Position numbers and translations under genes: made by a program. The notes under the pieces are model-generated. The model had not been told where the DNA came from and searched no databases. It was given only the letters and a program-made list of their open reading frames with translations. A DNA stretch of 62,978 nucleotides, the filler included, from Streblomastix strix (lineage: Eukaryota): the NCBI GenBank assembly GCA_008636045.1. It is 3 parts of 3 records of this genome, joined end to end, with 100 filler letters (N's around TTAATTAATTAA, not from the genome) between each part and the next. Parts side by side here need not be neighbours in the genome. Positions count along the whole stretch, not along the records: positions 21,032 to 41,959 come from SNRW01000407.1; 2 more parts are not named here. One strand, 5' to 3'. This document shows positions 26,161-41,524 of the stretch, piece after piece (the stretch's first letter is position 1; every line of letters starts with the position of its first letter).

Positions 26161-27720
26161 TTCATACTCTTCTCTTTTCTTCTTTTTCTTTCTCTTCTCT
26201 TATTTATTTCTCCTTCTTTGCTTTAATTTGAACATCTTCTTCATTTTTCTTTCTTTCTAATTCTCTATGGGTCTCTAATCTAACTTCTGGTGTGTATGCA
26301 AATCTAAATAATATATTATATTATATTATATATAAGGATATATAAATAAATATATTATATTATATATAAGGATATATAAATAAATATATTATATTATATA
26401 TAAGGATATATAAATAAATTATATTATATTATATTATATATAAGGATATATAAATAAATTATATTATATTATATTATATATAAGGATATATAAATAAATA
26501 TATTATATTATATTATATATAAGGATATATAAATAAAGGAATAGAATATACATGTCAGTCTTCTCAAGTTCAGGCATATCATCTTCTTCATCTCCATCTT
26601 TAATCTGTTCATTTAATTTCTATTCATTATTGTCTTATTTATCTTATTTATTATCTTCTTTAATTTAATCTAATTCTTCATTTGGATTTGTAGACCAAAT
26701 TGATTTTGCTTTATTTTGTTATTATTTATCTTCTTCTTCTTTTTCAACACTAATTATATCATTTCCATTTAATATTTCCTTCTCCTTCAATTAATCTTTA
26801 TCTTTATCTTTATCTTTCTCTATATTTTAATTATTATCCTCTACATTCATGAATTAGTTTCCCTTCTTCCTTTCTTATTCATACTATTAAAGTAAAATCT
26901 TTTCTTCTATATCCAATTATTCCAATTATTTGTCTAATTCCTATTTGTCTTTCTTTTCTTATTCGATTCTCTTCATTTCATTTTCTCTTCTTTATTTCTC
27001 CCTATGAATATTAAACTTCTCCATTCCTGCTTTCTATTAAGCTTCTATTCTCTCTCTTAATCCATTTCTCATTTCTTATTCAGCTCTCAATCTTTCTGTT
27101 TATGTAATTGTGTCTCCATCAAGTTACTATAATTAGGGAAGAGATGCAACTACATATAATCGAAATCCTTCATAATCGCAACATGGATTACCAGTGAAAT
27201 AGCTGAACAGTAAATATATCATTAGAAGTAACTTATATAGAATAAGAATATACATAACACGTAAATGTTCATTTCTTCTTAAATTTTCTACACTCAAAAT
27301 ATCCACAACAAAGTTGGCAGTCAAATCCAACTTATCTAAAAATTCACATTCTTCAAGTCCTTCAATCCTGGTTATGAGGTTCAATGCTAGATTGAGATAT
27401 CGCAGTTCTTTCAGTTAACGAATATTTTCTTAATAGTAAAATAAATAAAAATTGTAAAGTTTAAAAAAAAGTTTGTAAAACCTATTTTGGGTATTAAGTT
27501 ATTCTGTAGCAAGAGAATTTTAAGTTTTGGACAGTTTTGCCCGATGATCTCGAGCTTTTCAATATCAAGTTGGTGTAAAGCAATTTCTTCCTGATGAAAA
27601 ATTAGATAAGGAAAAATGAATTTTACAATTTCTCGAATAAAAAATTCATACAAGCGTTGATAAAACCGATTCGTTATGTTCACTCTTTTTTCGTATCAGA
27701 TCAAGCGTTATTCTGACCAT
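24936..27720 (-). CDS. DNAAF11: Dynein axonemal assembly factor (LRRC6/tilB homolog), multi-exon
   Basis: MVRITLDLIRKKSEHNESVLSTL-EEIALHQLDIEKLE...LLQNNLIPKI...LDLTANF...GNPCCDYEGFRLYVVASLPQL. Confidence 0.92.
25860..26540. repeat. Intronic AT-rich minisatellites and (TA)n
   Basis: ~27-nt unit TTAATGATTAATTATATATATTCATA, TA run ~26110-26155, ~35-40-nt unit ATATAAGGATATATAAATAAAT...; mirrored at ~36450-37130. Confidence 0.85.
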
Positions 27721-28224
27721 TTATTCCTATTAAAAAAATTAATAATAAAATTATTATTGTTAAATGTAGAAAAATGGCTTTTTATCTTTTGGAGTTTTGA
27801 TTAGGCTTTTTCAAAGTCATGCGCGATTTATTAAGAATCCATATTATAATCTGTGATAAATAATGAATTTAGTTAATTAATATCAAAATAAAATATTTAA
27901 ATTATAACTGTTTGCTGGCATAGAAAACAGCAAAGTAGTTGATTTAAATCGTTTTTATTCCATAACCAATTATGCAAGTGTTTTTAAAGACAGAATATAT
28001 TAGAGAAGGAATTTTCTCCTATTTTAAAATCAAAATTTATATACGTTTCAAAGCTAATAGGCCGAGAAATAAGTCGCATTATCATTTTAAAGTAATTCAA
28101 TAAATGACTATAAATATAATAATTTGTTTTTATTTTATGGAAAAATAAAATAATATAAAGCGAAATAAAATATTCAATGAATTTCATAGAACTAAAATAA
28201 AATTGCTCCGTTCAACTTTAGACC

Positions 28225-29657
28225 TCAAAAGAGAATTTTATACTCAATATCATCATTCCCAAACGATAGTTTATCTCCAGAATGCAATTCTACACACATC
28301 TTCGGTGGCAAGGTCTACGTGTTTAGAATGGTTCCATTTGTACTACCATTGTCAAAGATCACTGGCACAATTCTATTCTTAATTTTAATATCAGTTTAAT
28401 TTGTACTTTTATCTGAATTTAGAATATTAAGCTCATTATCAATATCTTCTTTTTTCACTGAAAAATCTTCATCTTCTACTTTTGGTCGAAACATAAGTAT
28501 TGCATGTGCTCGTGAGCAAGATGTGTTATCTGTATGTATATCACAAGCTTCAGAAACACGTCCAAAAATAATCAGAAAACTTTCATCGATATCTTTCGAT
28601 CGTTTATTAGTATCTTATTTAATGTTCTACACGTATTATTCTTATGTTATAACTAAACATCTTTTAATATGAAGTCCCTTTTTAATAGAATGAATTTCAA
28701 AACTTTAATTCTTTTGTGATTAATGTTATTTCTCATTTTATTAATTTGATTTCTAATTTTCTTCTTTTTCTTTTTCTTTTTCTTTTTCTGTTATTATAAG
28801 ACCAACAGCCTCAGGTGGAGAGATGACATCTGAAGGAATTACAAATCCTGTTTGATTCTGGAAAAGAAAAAGCGAGAATATTTATTAATCAATTGTAATG
28901 TTGATGAAAATGTAAAATATATACGAGCATATCCATCCGAATTTCTGCTCTTGATGCATTTTGGGCAGTAATACCTCGATCTCTTTCTCGTTCTCTTCTT
29001 TATTATTCATTTTTAATTAGTTCTTCTGCAAGCTTATTAAAATAAAGTATAATAATATAATAAATATTTAATTGTGAAAAAGTTAGAGCATCAATATAAT
29101 ACTTTTCTTCGATCTTCATCAGTAATCTTATTTTCTACTTATTCTCTTTTCTAAACATTGATTTTCTTAATAATATCCTGTTTTTCTTTATCAATAAAGG
29201 TTTATTTAACAATTTCTTTATATGTTCTGCTTTCATTAATTTGATTCTTAGCAAATGGATCAGCTCTTGGAGGACTTAATTTACGTTCACGCCACTTCTA
29301 CCTATATCCATCTTCTTAACCAGCCACTGTTTTTGCTCGTGTATTCTTGAATACATCTTCACTGCGATCTTATAATGCGAGCTCTTCTTTAAAGCGATTG
29401 CCTGATTCAAGACGTTTTATTCGATCAGAAAAATCAGAAGCTTCGAAATCTTGTGCATCTTCATCACCAGAGTTTTCATCATCAGGCACAACATATTTTA
29501 CGTAGTTAGTATCATCATTTCCATCTCCATAAATATCAGTATCCATTCTTGCTCGCTTTGCTGATAATGCTACTTTCCCTGTTTCTGGAACCTTTCTTCC
29601 TTGTTGCAAAAGTTTAATTTATTCATCAATATCATCCTGTTTCTTATCTCTAGACAT
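28225..29657 (-). CDS. SF3B1 N-terminus-like region fused to SNIP1/Pml1-like FHA domain
   Basis: Mirror of 33334-34766. Confidence 0.75.
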
Positions 29658-30173
29658 TCACTTAGTTAACTACATTAATAACATATGTAAATATATTGAG
29701 TGAAAAATATAATAGATAATAAAACTGAAAGTGCCCACGAGCTGTTGTTTTTAGATTTTATTATCGATTTATTAATTTGCCATTATTTATGTGAGAAACT
29801 ATTCATTAATTATACGCATTATATATTTGTTATATAATATAATACTTCTATATGTTCAAACAAGCAATTGTATATTTCTCTTTATTAATTTTTGTTCAAT
29901 TACAATTAGATAATTTGTTGTATTTTGAATATAATAAATTAAACAGAAAATGGGTAACACTACATTTAACATGATTCTAAATTTTAAAAAAGAAAAAAAT
30001 GATGATAAAATATATAAAAATGCATTAACTATAACTATAGTGAGAGTTGTCACAATAAGGAAAAAAAATGTTGCTTAATATAACAATAATTATAAAATAC
30101 AAGAAATCAAAGAAAAAAATACATAAAACTTTAAGATTAATAAAAAAAGAATATATATTATTATATTATGTCT

Positions 30174-31635
30174 TCAAACAATCTATTTATTCAGATATAA
30201 ATCTATTTATTCATAATAACTTCTTTTATCTGAATCAATATAATCTTCTTCTTTATCATTTTTTTAATTTTCACTAATATGAATTTAATCAGCTAATTTA
30301 AGTTACATTATTAACCATTATGAATTCCATTATCTTTCTCTCAGATAAAGATATCTCTTTCTTCTTCTCATTATATAGTACACACTTCTCAAGATCCAAT
30401 ACAAGGTCCAAATTGCACATGGAATTAGTGATGGAAGTAAAAGAAGATAATATATCTAAGGACTATCAATATATCCATATTAATTTGGTAAGTCTTCTAT
30501 ATTAATCATTGAAATAGAAACTACTGATATCTAAATAGCTGCCCATATTAATAAGATTACAACTGCTGATTGGAAAAAGATTACTATAAAAATAATCTTC
30601 TTTTTGCTAGTCCAATTCTTTTATACTAATATTTATGCAAGGATTAAATCTGATGAAAACAAGTGAATAACCATATCAAACACTAAGATAATAAAGATAG
30701 GTACAGTAAATAAATCAGGTATGGGATTTCTAACTGATTATAGAAAGAAAATAAATTATGAATAAATAATTATGAATAAAAACAATCATAAATAAATAAT
30801 ATTTAATTATATCAAAGAATTATATATGTGAATACCAACTTATGTTCCACTTCCCATCACTTAGCAAAATACTCCTCCACATAATACAAGTCTATATCCA
30901 AACCAAATATCACGAATGAAATGTGGACTATCCCACATAAAGAAATATTTCTTAATATGATCAGCATTTAAATTATTATTATTGTTGTTGTTATTAACAT
31001 GTGGAGTTTCATTTTAGTCAATATTATCAAAATTAATATTCAAGAATAATATCTCGATTAAACGACTGATTACAAATTTGAATTTTTCCACAGATTGAAC
31101 TATATTCAATGACAATGAAAGAAGCATTACTTAAATTAAGTGCATGATAACTCCAACAAACATAATATCTTCAATAATTAATGGGAAGTCCATAAGCACT
31201 GCTAGAAATATCTATATAATAATATTAATTATTGTAATTCCAATTTCTCTCTTAAATAAATGAGTATCTGCAATAAATTTCTCTTTCTCTTCTTCTTCTT
31301 ATATTCCAAATGTTAATTATATGTATTGTTCATCAGTATGAGTAAATCCTGTTGTGCAATATCTAATCATTATTACATGTAAAATAACTGCTCCAATAAA
31401 TAGGATAGAACTAACTGTGAAGCCACATGTAAAGAATGCAAAAGTATTCGCTCCATTAGTTGTATCATGGACTGCAAGAGGAATTAAACCAATTGATAAG
31501 ATATATAGACACATAATGACAATCCAAGAAATTATCTTAATTAGTCAAATAAATTTGGTTTTAAAGATTTTTCTTCTTTAAAATTTCCGAAGTATATTAC
31601 AACCTTAGTTTGAAGATGATATTGACCTGTATAAT
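30174..31635 (-). CDS. Multi-pass membrane protein (5' end lost at fold-back junction)
   Basis: Several hydrophobic helices in one Gln-code frame with introns; runs from the palindrome spacer into the left arm. Confidence 0.6.
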
Positions 31636-31692
31636 CTGAGTAAAGTAAAAAGTTGATTAATATATAAAAGATAATTAATATGATTAATATAT

Positions 31693-32817
31693 GAAGAAGA
31701 AGAGAAAGAGAAATTTATTGCAGATACTCATTTATTTAAGAGAGAAATTGGAATTACAATAATTAATATTATTATATAGATATTTCTAGCAGTGCTTATG
31801 GACTTCCCATTAATTATTGAAGATATTATGTTTGTTGGAGTTATCATGCACTTAATTTAAGTAATGCTTCTTTCATTGTCATTGAATATAGTTCAATCTG
31901 TGGAAAAATTCAAATTTGTAATCAGTCGTTTAATCGAGATATTATTCTTGAATATTAATTTTGATAATATTGACTAAAATGAAACTCCACATGTTAATAA
32001 CAACAACAATAATAATAATTTAAATGCTGATCATATTAAGAAATATTTCTTTATGTGGGATAGTCCACATTTCATTCGTGATATTTGGTTTGGATATAGA
32101 CTTGTATTATGTGGAGGAGTATTTTGCTAAGTGATGGGAAGTGGAACATAAGTTGGTATTCACATATATAATTCTTTGATATAATTAAATATTATTTATT
32201 TATGATTGTTTTTATTCATAATTATTTATTCATAATTTATTTTCTTTCTATAATCAGTTAGAAATCCCATACCTGATTTATTTACTGTACCTATCTTTAT
32301 TATCTTAGTGTTTGATATGGTTATTCACTTGTTTTCATCAGATTTAATCCTTGCATAAATATTAGTATAAAAGAATTGGACTAGCAAAAAGAAGATTATT
32401 TTTATAGTAATCTTTTTCCAATCAGCAGTTGTAATCTTATTAATATGGGCAGCTATTTAGATATCAGTAGTTTCTATTTCAATGATTAATATAGAAGACT
32501 TACCAAATTAATATGGATATATTGATAGTCCTTAGATATATTATCTTCTTTTACTTCCATCACTAATTCCATGTGCAATTTGGACCTTGTATTGGATCTT
32601 GAGAAGTGTGTACTATATAATGAGAAGAAGAAAGAGATATCTTTATCTGAGAGAAAGATAATGGAATTCATAATGGTTAATAATGTAACTTAAATTAGCT
32701 GATTAAATTCATATTAGTGAAAATTAAAAAAATGATAAAGAAGAAGATTATATTGATTCAGATAAAAGAAGTTATTATGAATAAATAGATTTATATCTGA
32801 ATAAATAGATTGTTTGA
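31693..32817 (+). pseudogene. Truncated mirror copy of the membrane protein gene
   Basis: Begins abruptly mid-exon at the arm boundary. Confidence 0.55.
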
Positions 32818-33333
32818 AGACATAATATAATAATATATATTCTTTTTTTATTAATCTTAAAGTTTTATGTATTTTTTTCTTTGATTTCTTGTATTTTATA
32901 ATTATTGTTATATTAAGCAACATTTTTTTTCCTTATTGTGACAACTCTCACTATAGTTATAGTTAATGCATTTTTATATATTTTATCATCATTTTTTTCT
33001 TTTTTAAAATTTAGAATCATGTTAAATGTAGTGTTACCCATTTTCTGTTTAATTTATTATATTCAAAATACAACAAATTATCTAATTGTAATTGAACAAA
33101 AATTAATAAAGAGAAATATACAATTGCTTGTTTGAACATATAGAAGTATTATATTATATAACAAATATATAATGCGTATAATTAATGAATAGTTTCTCAC
33201 ATAAATAATGGCAAATTAATAAATCGATAATAAAATCTAAAAACAACAGCTCGTGGGCACTTTCAGTTTTATTATCTATTATATTTTTCACTCAATATAT
33301 TTACATATGTTATTAATGTAGTTAACTAAGTGA

Positions 33334-34766
33334 ATGTCTAGAGATAAGAAACAGGATGATATTGATGAATAAATTAAACTTTTGCAACAAGGAAGAAAGG
33401 TTCCAGAAACAGGGAAAGTAGCATTATCAGCAAAGCGAGCAAGAATGGATACTGATATTTATGGAGATGGAAATGATGATACTAACTACGTAAAATATGT
33501 TGTGCCTGATGATGAAAACTCTGGTGATGAAGATGCACAAGATTTCGAAGCTTCTGATTTTTCTGATCGAATAAAACGTCTTGAATCAGGCAATCGCTTT
33601 AAAGAAGAGCTCGCATTATAAGATCGCAGTGAAGATGTATTCAAGAATACACGAGCAAAAACAGTGGCTGGTTAAGAAGATGGATATAGGTAGAAGTGGC
33701 GTGAACGTAAATTAAGTCCTCCAAGAGCTGATCCATTTGCTAAGAATCAAATTAATGAAAGCAGAACATATAAAGAAATTGTTAAATAAACCTTTATTGA
33801 TAAAGAAAAACAGGATATTATTAAGAAAATCAATGTTTAGAAAAGAGAATAAGTAGAAAATAAGATTACTGATGAAGATCGAAGAAAAGTATTATATTGA
33901 TGCTCTAACTTTTTCACAATTAAATATTTATTATATTATTATACTTTATTTTAATAAGCTTGCAGAAGAACTAATTAAAAATGAATAATAAAGAAGAGAA
34001 CGAGAAAGAGATCGAGGTATTACTGCCCAAAATGCATCAAGAGCAGAAATTCGGATGGATATGCTCGTATATATTTTACATTTTCATCAACATTACAATT
34101 GATTAATAAATATTCTCGCTTTTTCTTTTCCAGAATCAAACAGGATTTGTAATTCCTTCAGATGTCATCTCTCCACCTGAGGCTGTTGGTCTTATAATAA
34201 CAGAAAAAGAAAAAGAAAAAGAAAAAGAAGAAAATTAGAAATCAAATTAATAAAATGAGAAATAACATTAATCACAAAAGAATTAAAGTTTTGAAATTCA
34301 TTCTATTAAAAAGGGACTTCATATTAAAAGATGTTTAGTTATAACATAAGAATAATACGTGTAGAACATTAAATAAGATACTAATAAACGATCGAAAGAT
34401 ATCGATGAAAGTTTTCTGATTATTTTTGGACGTGTTTCTGAAGCTTGTGATATACATACAGATAACACATCTTGCTCACGAGCACATGCAATACTTATGT
34501 TTCGACCAAAAGTAGAAGATGAAGATTTTTCAGTGAAAAAAGAAGATATTGATAATGAGCTTAATATTCTAAATTCAGATAAAAGTACAAATTAAACTGA
34601 TATTAAAATTAAGAATAGAATTGTGCCAGTGATCTTTGACAATGGTAGTACAAATGGAACCATTCTAAACACGTAGACCTTGCCACCGAAGATGTGTGTA
34701 GAATTGCATTCTGGAGATAAACTATCGTTTGGGAATGATGATATTGAGTATAAAATTCTCTTTTGA
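33334..34766 (+). CDS. SF3B1 N-terminus-like region fused to SNIP1/Pml1-like FHA domain
   Basis: Exon 1: MDTDIYG, DVFKNTRAKTVAGQEDGYRQKWRERKLSPPRADPF, RTYKEIV; two phase-0 GT-AG introns; exon 3: SPPEA, IFGRVSEACDIHTDNTSCSRAHAILMFR, DNGSTNGTILN, ELHSGDKLSFG. Confidence 0.75.
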
Positions 34767-35270
34767 GGTCTAAAGTTGAACGGAGCAATTTTATTTTAGT
34801 TCTATGAAATTCATTGAATATTTTATTTCGCTTTATATTATTTTATTTTTCCATAAAATAAAAACAAATTATTATATTTATAGTCATTTATTGAATTACT
34901 TTAAAATGATAATGCGACTTATTTCTCGGCCTATTAGCTTTGAAACGTATATAAATTTTGATTTTAAAATAGGAGAAAATTCCTTCTCTAATATATTCTG
35001 TCTTTAAAAACACTTGCATAATTGGTTATGGAATAAAAACGATTTAAATCAACTACTTTGCTGTTTTCTATGCCAGCAAACAGTTATAATTTAAATATTT
35101 TATTTTGATATTAATTAACTAAATTCATTATTTATCACAGATTATAATATGGATTCTTAATAAATCGCGCATGACTTTGAAAAAGCCTAATCAAAACTCC
35201 AAAAGATAAAAAGCCATTTTTCTACATTTAACAATAATAATTTTATTATTAATTTTTTTAATAGGAATAA

Positions 35271-36830
35271 ATGGTCAGAATAACGCTTGATCTGATACGA
35301 AAAAAGAGTGAACATAACGAATCGGTTTTATCAACGCTTGTATGAATTTTTTATTCGAGAAATTGTAAAATTCATTTTTCCTTATCTAATTTTTCATCAG
35401 GAAGAAATTGCTTTACACCAACTTGATATTGAAAAGCTCGAGATCATCGGGCAAAACTGTCCAAAACTTAAAATTCTCTTGCTACAGAATAACTTAATAC
35501 CCAAAATAGGTTTTACAAACTTTTTTTTAAACTTTACAATTTTTATTTATTTTACTATTAAGAAAATATTCGTTAACTGAAAGAACTGCGATATCTCAAT
35601 CTAGCATTGAACCTCATAACCAGGATTGAAGGACTTGAAGAATGTGAATTTTTAGATAAGTTGGATTTGACTGCCAACTTTGTTGTGGATATTTTGAGTG
35701 TAGAAAATTTAAGAAGAAATGAACATTTACGTGTTATGTATATTCTTATTCTATATAAGTTACTTCTAATGATATATTTACTGTTCAGCTATTTCACTGG
35801 TAATCCATGTTGCGATTATGAAGGATTTCGATTATATGTAGTTGCATCTCTTCCCTAATTATAGTAACTTGATGGAGACACAATTACATAAACAGAAAGA
35901 TTGAGAGCTGAATAAGAAATGAGAAATGGATTAAGAGAGAGAATAGAAGCTTAATAGAAAGCAGGAATGGAGAAGTTTAATATTCATAGGGAGAAATAAA
36001 GAAGAGAAAATGAAATGAAGAGAATCGAATAAGAAAAGAAAGACAAATAGGAATTAGACAAATAATTGGAATAATTGGATATAGAAGAAAAGATTTTACT
36101 TTAATAGTATGAATAAGAAAGGAAGAAGGGAAACTAATTCATGAATGTAGAGGATAATAATTAAAATATAGAGAAAGATAAAGATAAAGATAAAGATTAA
36201 TTGAAGGAGAAGGAAATATTAAATGGAAATGATATAATTAGTGTTGAAAAAGAAGAAGAAGATAAATAATAACAAAATAAAGCAAAATCAATTTGGTCTA
36301 CAAATCCAAATGAAGAATTAGATTAAATTAAAGAAGATAATAAATAAGATAAATAAGACAATAATGAATAGAAATTAAATGAACAGATTAAAGATGGAGA
36401 TGAAGAAGATGATATGCCTGAACTTGAGAAGACTGACATGTATATTCTATTCCTTTATTTATATATCCTTATATATAATATAATATAATATATTTATTTA
36501 TATATCCTTATATATAATATAATATAATATAATTTATTTATATATCCTTATATATAATATAATATAATATAATTTATTTATATATCCTTATATATAATAT
36601 AATATATTTATTTATATATCCTTATATATAATATAATATATTTATTTATATATCCTTATATATAATATAATATAATATATTATTTAGATTTGCATACACA
36701 CCAGAAGTTAGATTAGAGACCCATAGAGAATTAGAAAGAAAGAAAAATGAAGAAGATGTTCAAATTAAAGCAAAGAAGGAGAAATAAATAAGAGAAGAGA
36801 AAGAAAAAGAAGAAAAGAGAAGAGTATGAA

Positions 36831-36885
<55 letters not shown>

Positions 36886-38055
36886 TTATTAACTATGAAT
36901 ATATATAATTAATCATTAACTATGAATATATATAATTAATCATTAATTATGAATATATATAATTAATCATTAATTATGAATATATATAATTAATCATTAA
37001 CTATGAATATATATAATTAATCATTAACTATGAATATTAATATATATAATTATTAACTATCTATATATATAATTAATCATTAACTATGAATATATATAAT
37101 TAATCATTAATTATGAATATATATAATTAATTGTAGAGACTTGTAAAAGAAGATGGTACAATAATATAAAAGAATGAAGGATAATGGGTATTATTACATC
37201 TTTATAATACATTGTCTTTATTTTATTTCTTATTAACTTTCTGTCTTTCCTATTCAATGCATTTAATATTTTAATAAGCCTTTTCGTTTCTATGAAGATC
37301 ACCCACCTGGAACAATTACTCTAGAAGTAAAATTAAGTAAATTCTTAGATACGACATTAATTCAATCAGAAGTTAATCCTTTTCATGTAACTGTTTGAAT
37401 ATAATTTATTTCATTATGTTTTTATTACTTTTAACTCATTAATAAATTCTTTTCATTTTTCTTTCTATTTTTCTCTGTTTGTTGAAGTTGACAATTAAAG
37501 GAAAAGTTCTCTAATTAAAATTACCTTCAGAAGTTTATTCAGATAGAGCAAATGCAACAAGAAGCGAAGCAACAGGAGGTTAATTATTAATAATTGAATA
37601 TTGAATTATTAATAATATTTATTATTATCATTTCTTTATCCAATTTGATTAATGAAAATTAGTTCTAAGAATTGAATGTCCGAAGGTTATTAAAATTATA
37701 TTCATTTTTTTATATAATTTTTTACTTACAAATTATCTTTTATTTCCTTACAAATTATTTTTTATTTTATTTCCTATTTTATTTCATTATTAGGTTAATC
37801 CAAATACATCTTTTTATGGGGGACCAGATTATGATCCAACAGAAAACATGCCTGATCCAATTACTGGGAAAAAGAAGTATTTGAATAATTAATATATAAT
37901 TATATTAATTAATGATACATTTATATTGACTTACTATTCATATACTCTGAATAAGACCAACACCTCTATCTAAACGACCATTAGCCTACTCAACTGTTAC
38001 AGGTGAGTTCGGTAACAGTTCTGACGAGATAAGAGGGAGGACATCTAAATATTGA
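35271..38055 (+). CDS. DNAAF11: DNAAF11/LRRC6 homolog, mirror copy
   Basis: Reverse complement of 24936-27720. Confidence 0.9.
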
Positions 38056-38285
38056 TTATTATATTATTATATTACTTTTTATGGTTAAATCATTCAATAA
38101 GGAAAATAATAAAAATTAATTGATAATAAAATAGATCAATTGTTCTGCTTGATAAATTTATTGTGTATTCATTGTTTAAGTAATTAAAATATAGAATATG
38201 AAAGAGTTCTGTACACAATAATAATTATTGAGATATATAATTAAACAAGGACAATGATTATTCATTATCAATCCTTATAGTGCAT

Positions 38286-39935
38286 TCATCTTCTTTCACC
38301 TGCATGTCGCACTTTAATTTATTTACCACATACAACAACTCCCTTCATATCTTTTACAGCTTTATTTGCATCTTCCATAGAAAACATCTTTACGAATCCA
38401 AATCCTCTATTTTTAGCATCTTCAGTCTATTAACCATCAGGATATTAACCTTCTATTGGCAAAGGGATATCAATCTTTTAGATCCTAAACCCTTTCTCTT
38501 CAAATGCTCCATATAAATCACTGATTGTTGTTTATAGACTAAGATTCCCCACAAATAGTTCGTATAATGGTTACCTCTCATCCAATTCTGTCTGAAGAAG
38601 AGGAGGTGCAGTTATTAATCGAACTTTATATTCATTTCCTTGTTCAAAAGCCCACCTGCTCACCCAAGCGTCATTTGCAGCATATCTAATTTAGCTTTCA
38701 GTTAGAGGGTATTATCCCCAATTAGAGCACTGTTCTTTCTTTGATATATAAATACCAAGAAGATTAGCACAGATTCTTTAAAGGCCTTTATCATCAATAC
38801 CAAGTTGTTTAGTTAAGTCGCATAATTCATAGAAGCCTCGAGGATTAAAATACTAAACATTAAGTAATTGATCAATATCTCCTTGAACTCCAACACAAAC
38901 CTATATTAATGAACATTTAATAAATTGAATAATTTCTCATCAATTCAAAAATATGAGTAAAATACAGACCTTAAGAGGTTTATCAGAAGTAAATAAAGGT
39001 AATAAAGGTGAAATTCCTCCAATCTATCTAATAAAGAAGAGCCAAACTTCTGATTTATTGGCCAATTAAATCAAACTAACTATTCCTAATGCATCTTTAC
39101 GGTAAATAATTTCAGATTCGGTATCAAATCCTAAATAATCTTCTTTCAAAAGTAAATCAACAGATTTTACTGCTAAATTAACATTATCAATAAGATGAAT
39201 TGTTCCATTAAAACAAAACTATGGTAATATTCTCATTAATTCATTATTCACTCTTCTTTATATTCGTGGCTAATTAGGAAATTATTATAATGGATGTGCA
39301 GGTTATGAATCATTTTAAATAGAATAAGTAATATCTTAATCACTCATTATAATATTCATTTGACTATTATGAATTTTAACGCCATCTTTATTAAGCATTG
39401 CATTTACAGCATTTTCTCTTGTTTTAAATTTAACTACAGCATAATTCTTTCCAGGTGCATCATTATCCTAAAATATTTTTATGTTTTCTGGAGCATAAAT
39501 TGATAATTCTTTCAAAATGTCATTCTATTTTATATCTCTATCCAACCCATGTATAATTATTCTGAATGATTGATGTGCTGGAGGAGTAATTGTTGAATGG
39601 AAATATATTGGTGCAGGAGATGGAGAGGGAGATCTGCTATTAACATGCATAATTTTAAAAACTACCTGTATCTCATAGCCTTTTAAAATTCTTTTATTTG
39701 TTGACCTTTATGCAACATCGGCTTTAATTTCATCATCAAAATTAACAAAAGCCACTCCCAATCCGCCTTCCTCTCTTCGCTTTAAATCAACATTAATAGC
39801 TCCAAATGGAGTAAAAATGGCTGATAAATCTTCTTGTGTTATAGTTGGACTCACATTCTTAATATAAAGACATCTTTTATCCAGTGATTCTTTTCCAACA
39901 TTTGGAGCTATTTTTACATTTCCAGTGTGTGTCAT
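38286..39935 (-). CDS. RRM-RRM-exonuclease-RRM protein, mirror copy
   Basis: Reverse complement of 23056-24705. Confidence 0.83.
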
Positions 39936-40364
39936 CACAATAGAAAGCTGTAAATTACAAAGAAAATTACATTTTTTTAGAAAAATTGTTTGTGAGTTTT
40001 TCATTAATAAAAAGTCTTTGATTAGTGTAAAATCATTTATATATGATATAATAATTTGAAATTTTACATTTTATATGTAGTTTAGCAGGTTTATTGGAGC
40101 ATAAAACAGATTTTTATTAAATCACAAATCCGCACGTAGAAAAATAATTTATTAAATATAATGATTTATTAAATATATATAGTATATTAATCATTACTTA
40201 ATTAAGTTAGAAAAATAGTAATTGTGTCTCAAACAGACTGTTTTTGATCTAAATTATTCACTTAATGAATTTCATCTTTTTAGTTCTTGAAAAATATGAT
40301 TTTAATGAATGGGATGAAAAAGAAATAAGATGATAGAGTATTTATTTGCGTATATTAACATGTT

Positions 40365-40830
40365 TCAGACTTTATTTGTTGAACTGGTCCTTGTCCTTGC
40401 TTTGTATTCTACATATAGTCTTGATACACCTGGGATAAAGAGAACAACGCCAAAAGCAACAAGAATAAGCCATGGAAGATCACCAGTCGAAGATACTAAA
40501 GCAATCCTACGAAAAGAAATAGTTATAAAATATAATATAGTTATTATTATTTAAATACCCAACAATCACGCAAATAAAAGCTAAAATTATAATCGTGATT
40601 GAAAGCACTATTGGCCAATATCGTTAGTTTTCTCTCATAAACCCAGGCATACGAGCTGGCTCATAAAAGATTCGTTAAGCAGCATTCATAGAAGAAGATG
40701 ATGAAGCCCCTGCAAAGGGTTGATATAAACCATCATAATTCATTTTGAACTTATTTGAGGGATGTTCCAGTCTTTCTAAATCGTCTACAGTTGAATTTTT
40801 CTTTTCTTATTCTAAATCTTCTGTTGCCAT
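40365..40830 (-). CDS. TMEM230/134-like protein, mirror copy
   Basis: Reverse complement of 22161-22626. Confidence 0.58.
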
Positions 40831-41524
40831 TTGAATTCTTTATTATCATATTAAGATATGTAAACATAATTGGCAAATTGTAATTAAATTAAATAAATGA
40901 ATGAATAAAAAAGGTAAGAGTGTTATAAAATCATTATTTAGAAAATAATTTCAATTTTGTTGAAAATTAAATATAAACTAGGTTAGAATAGTGTAATTAG
41001 TAAATATAAGTTTTAATGTTTTAATTAAACGGTAAAATAAGGAAATAATTGGAATAAAAATTGACATAGCTTTGAATTGTGCAATTTTGAAAAAGAAAAC
41101 TTAACTCAAATATTTGCATTAGTTTATAAAATAATTTTTATTTTTGAATATAAAAATTGCATTTAAATATTATGATAAATACATGAATATCAATATAAGT
41201 GCAATATTTAATTTCTGATATGAAGAAATAATGATTAGAAAATTTTTCACATAAAATGTGAAAAATTAAGATAAAATTAGTAATATATTTATATAATTTG
41301 ATATAAATTAAGTATTTAATATAAATAAATCAAAATATCGTAATTTTAATCTCAGTACAGAAAAGTGGAAAGCCAGTAGAAAATAAAAACCTTCGATTTT
41401 GATACAAAGTAGATATATTAATATGTTTTTCTAAATTAAAGTTCGAAATAGCACCATTTTATACATTTTTGAACTCCATGTGCGGTTTGTTTGAGCAAGA
41501 TTTGTTTATTAAACTCATACTACT

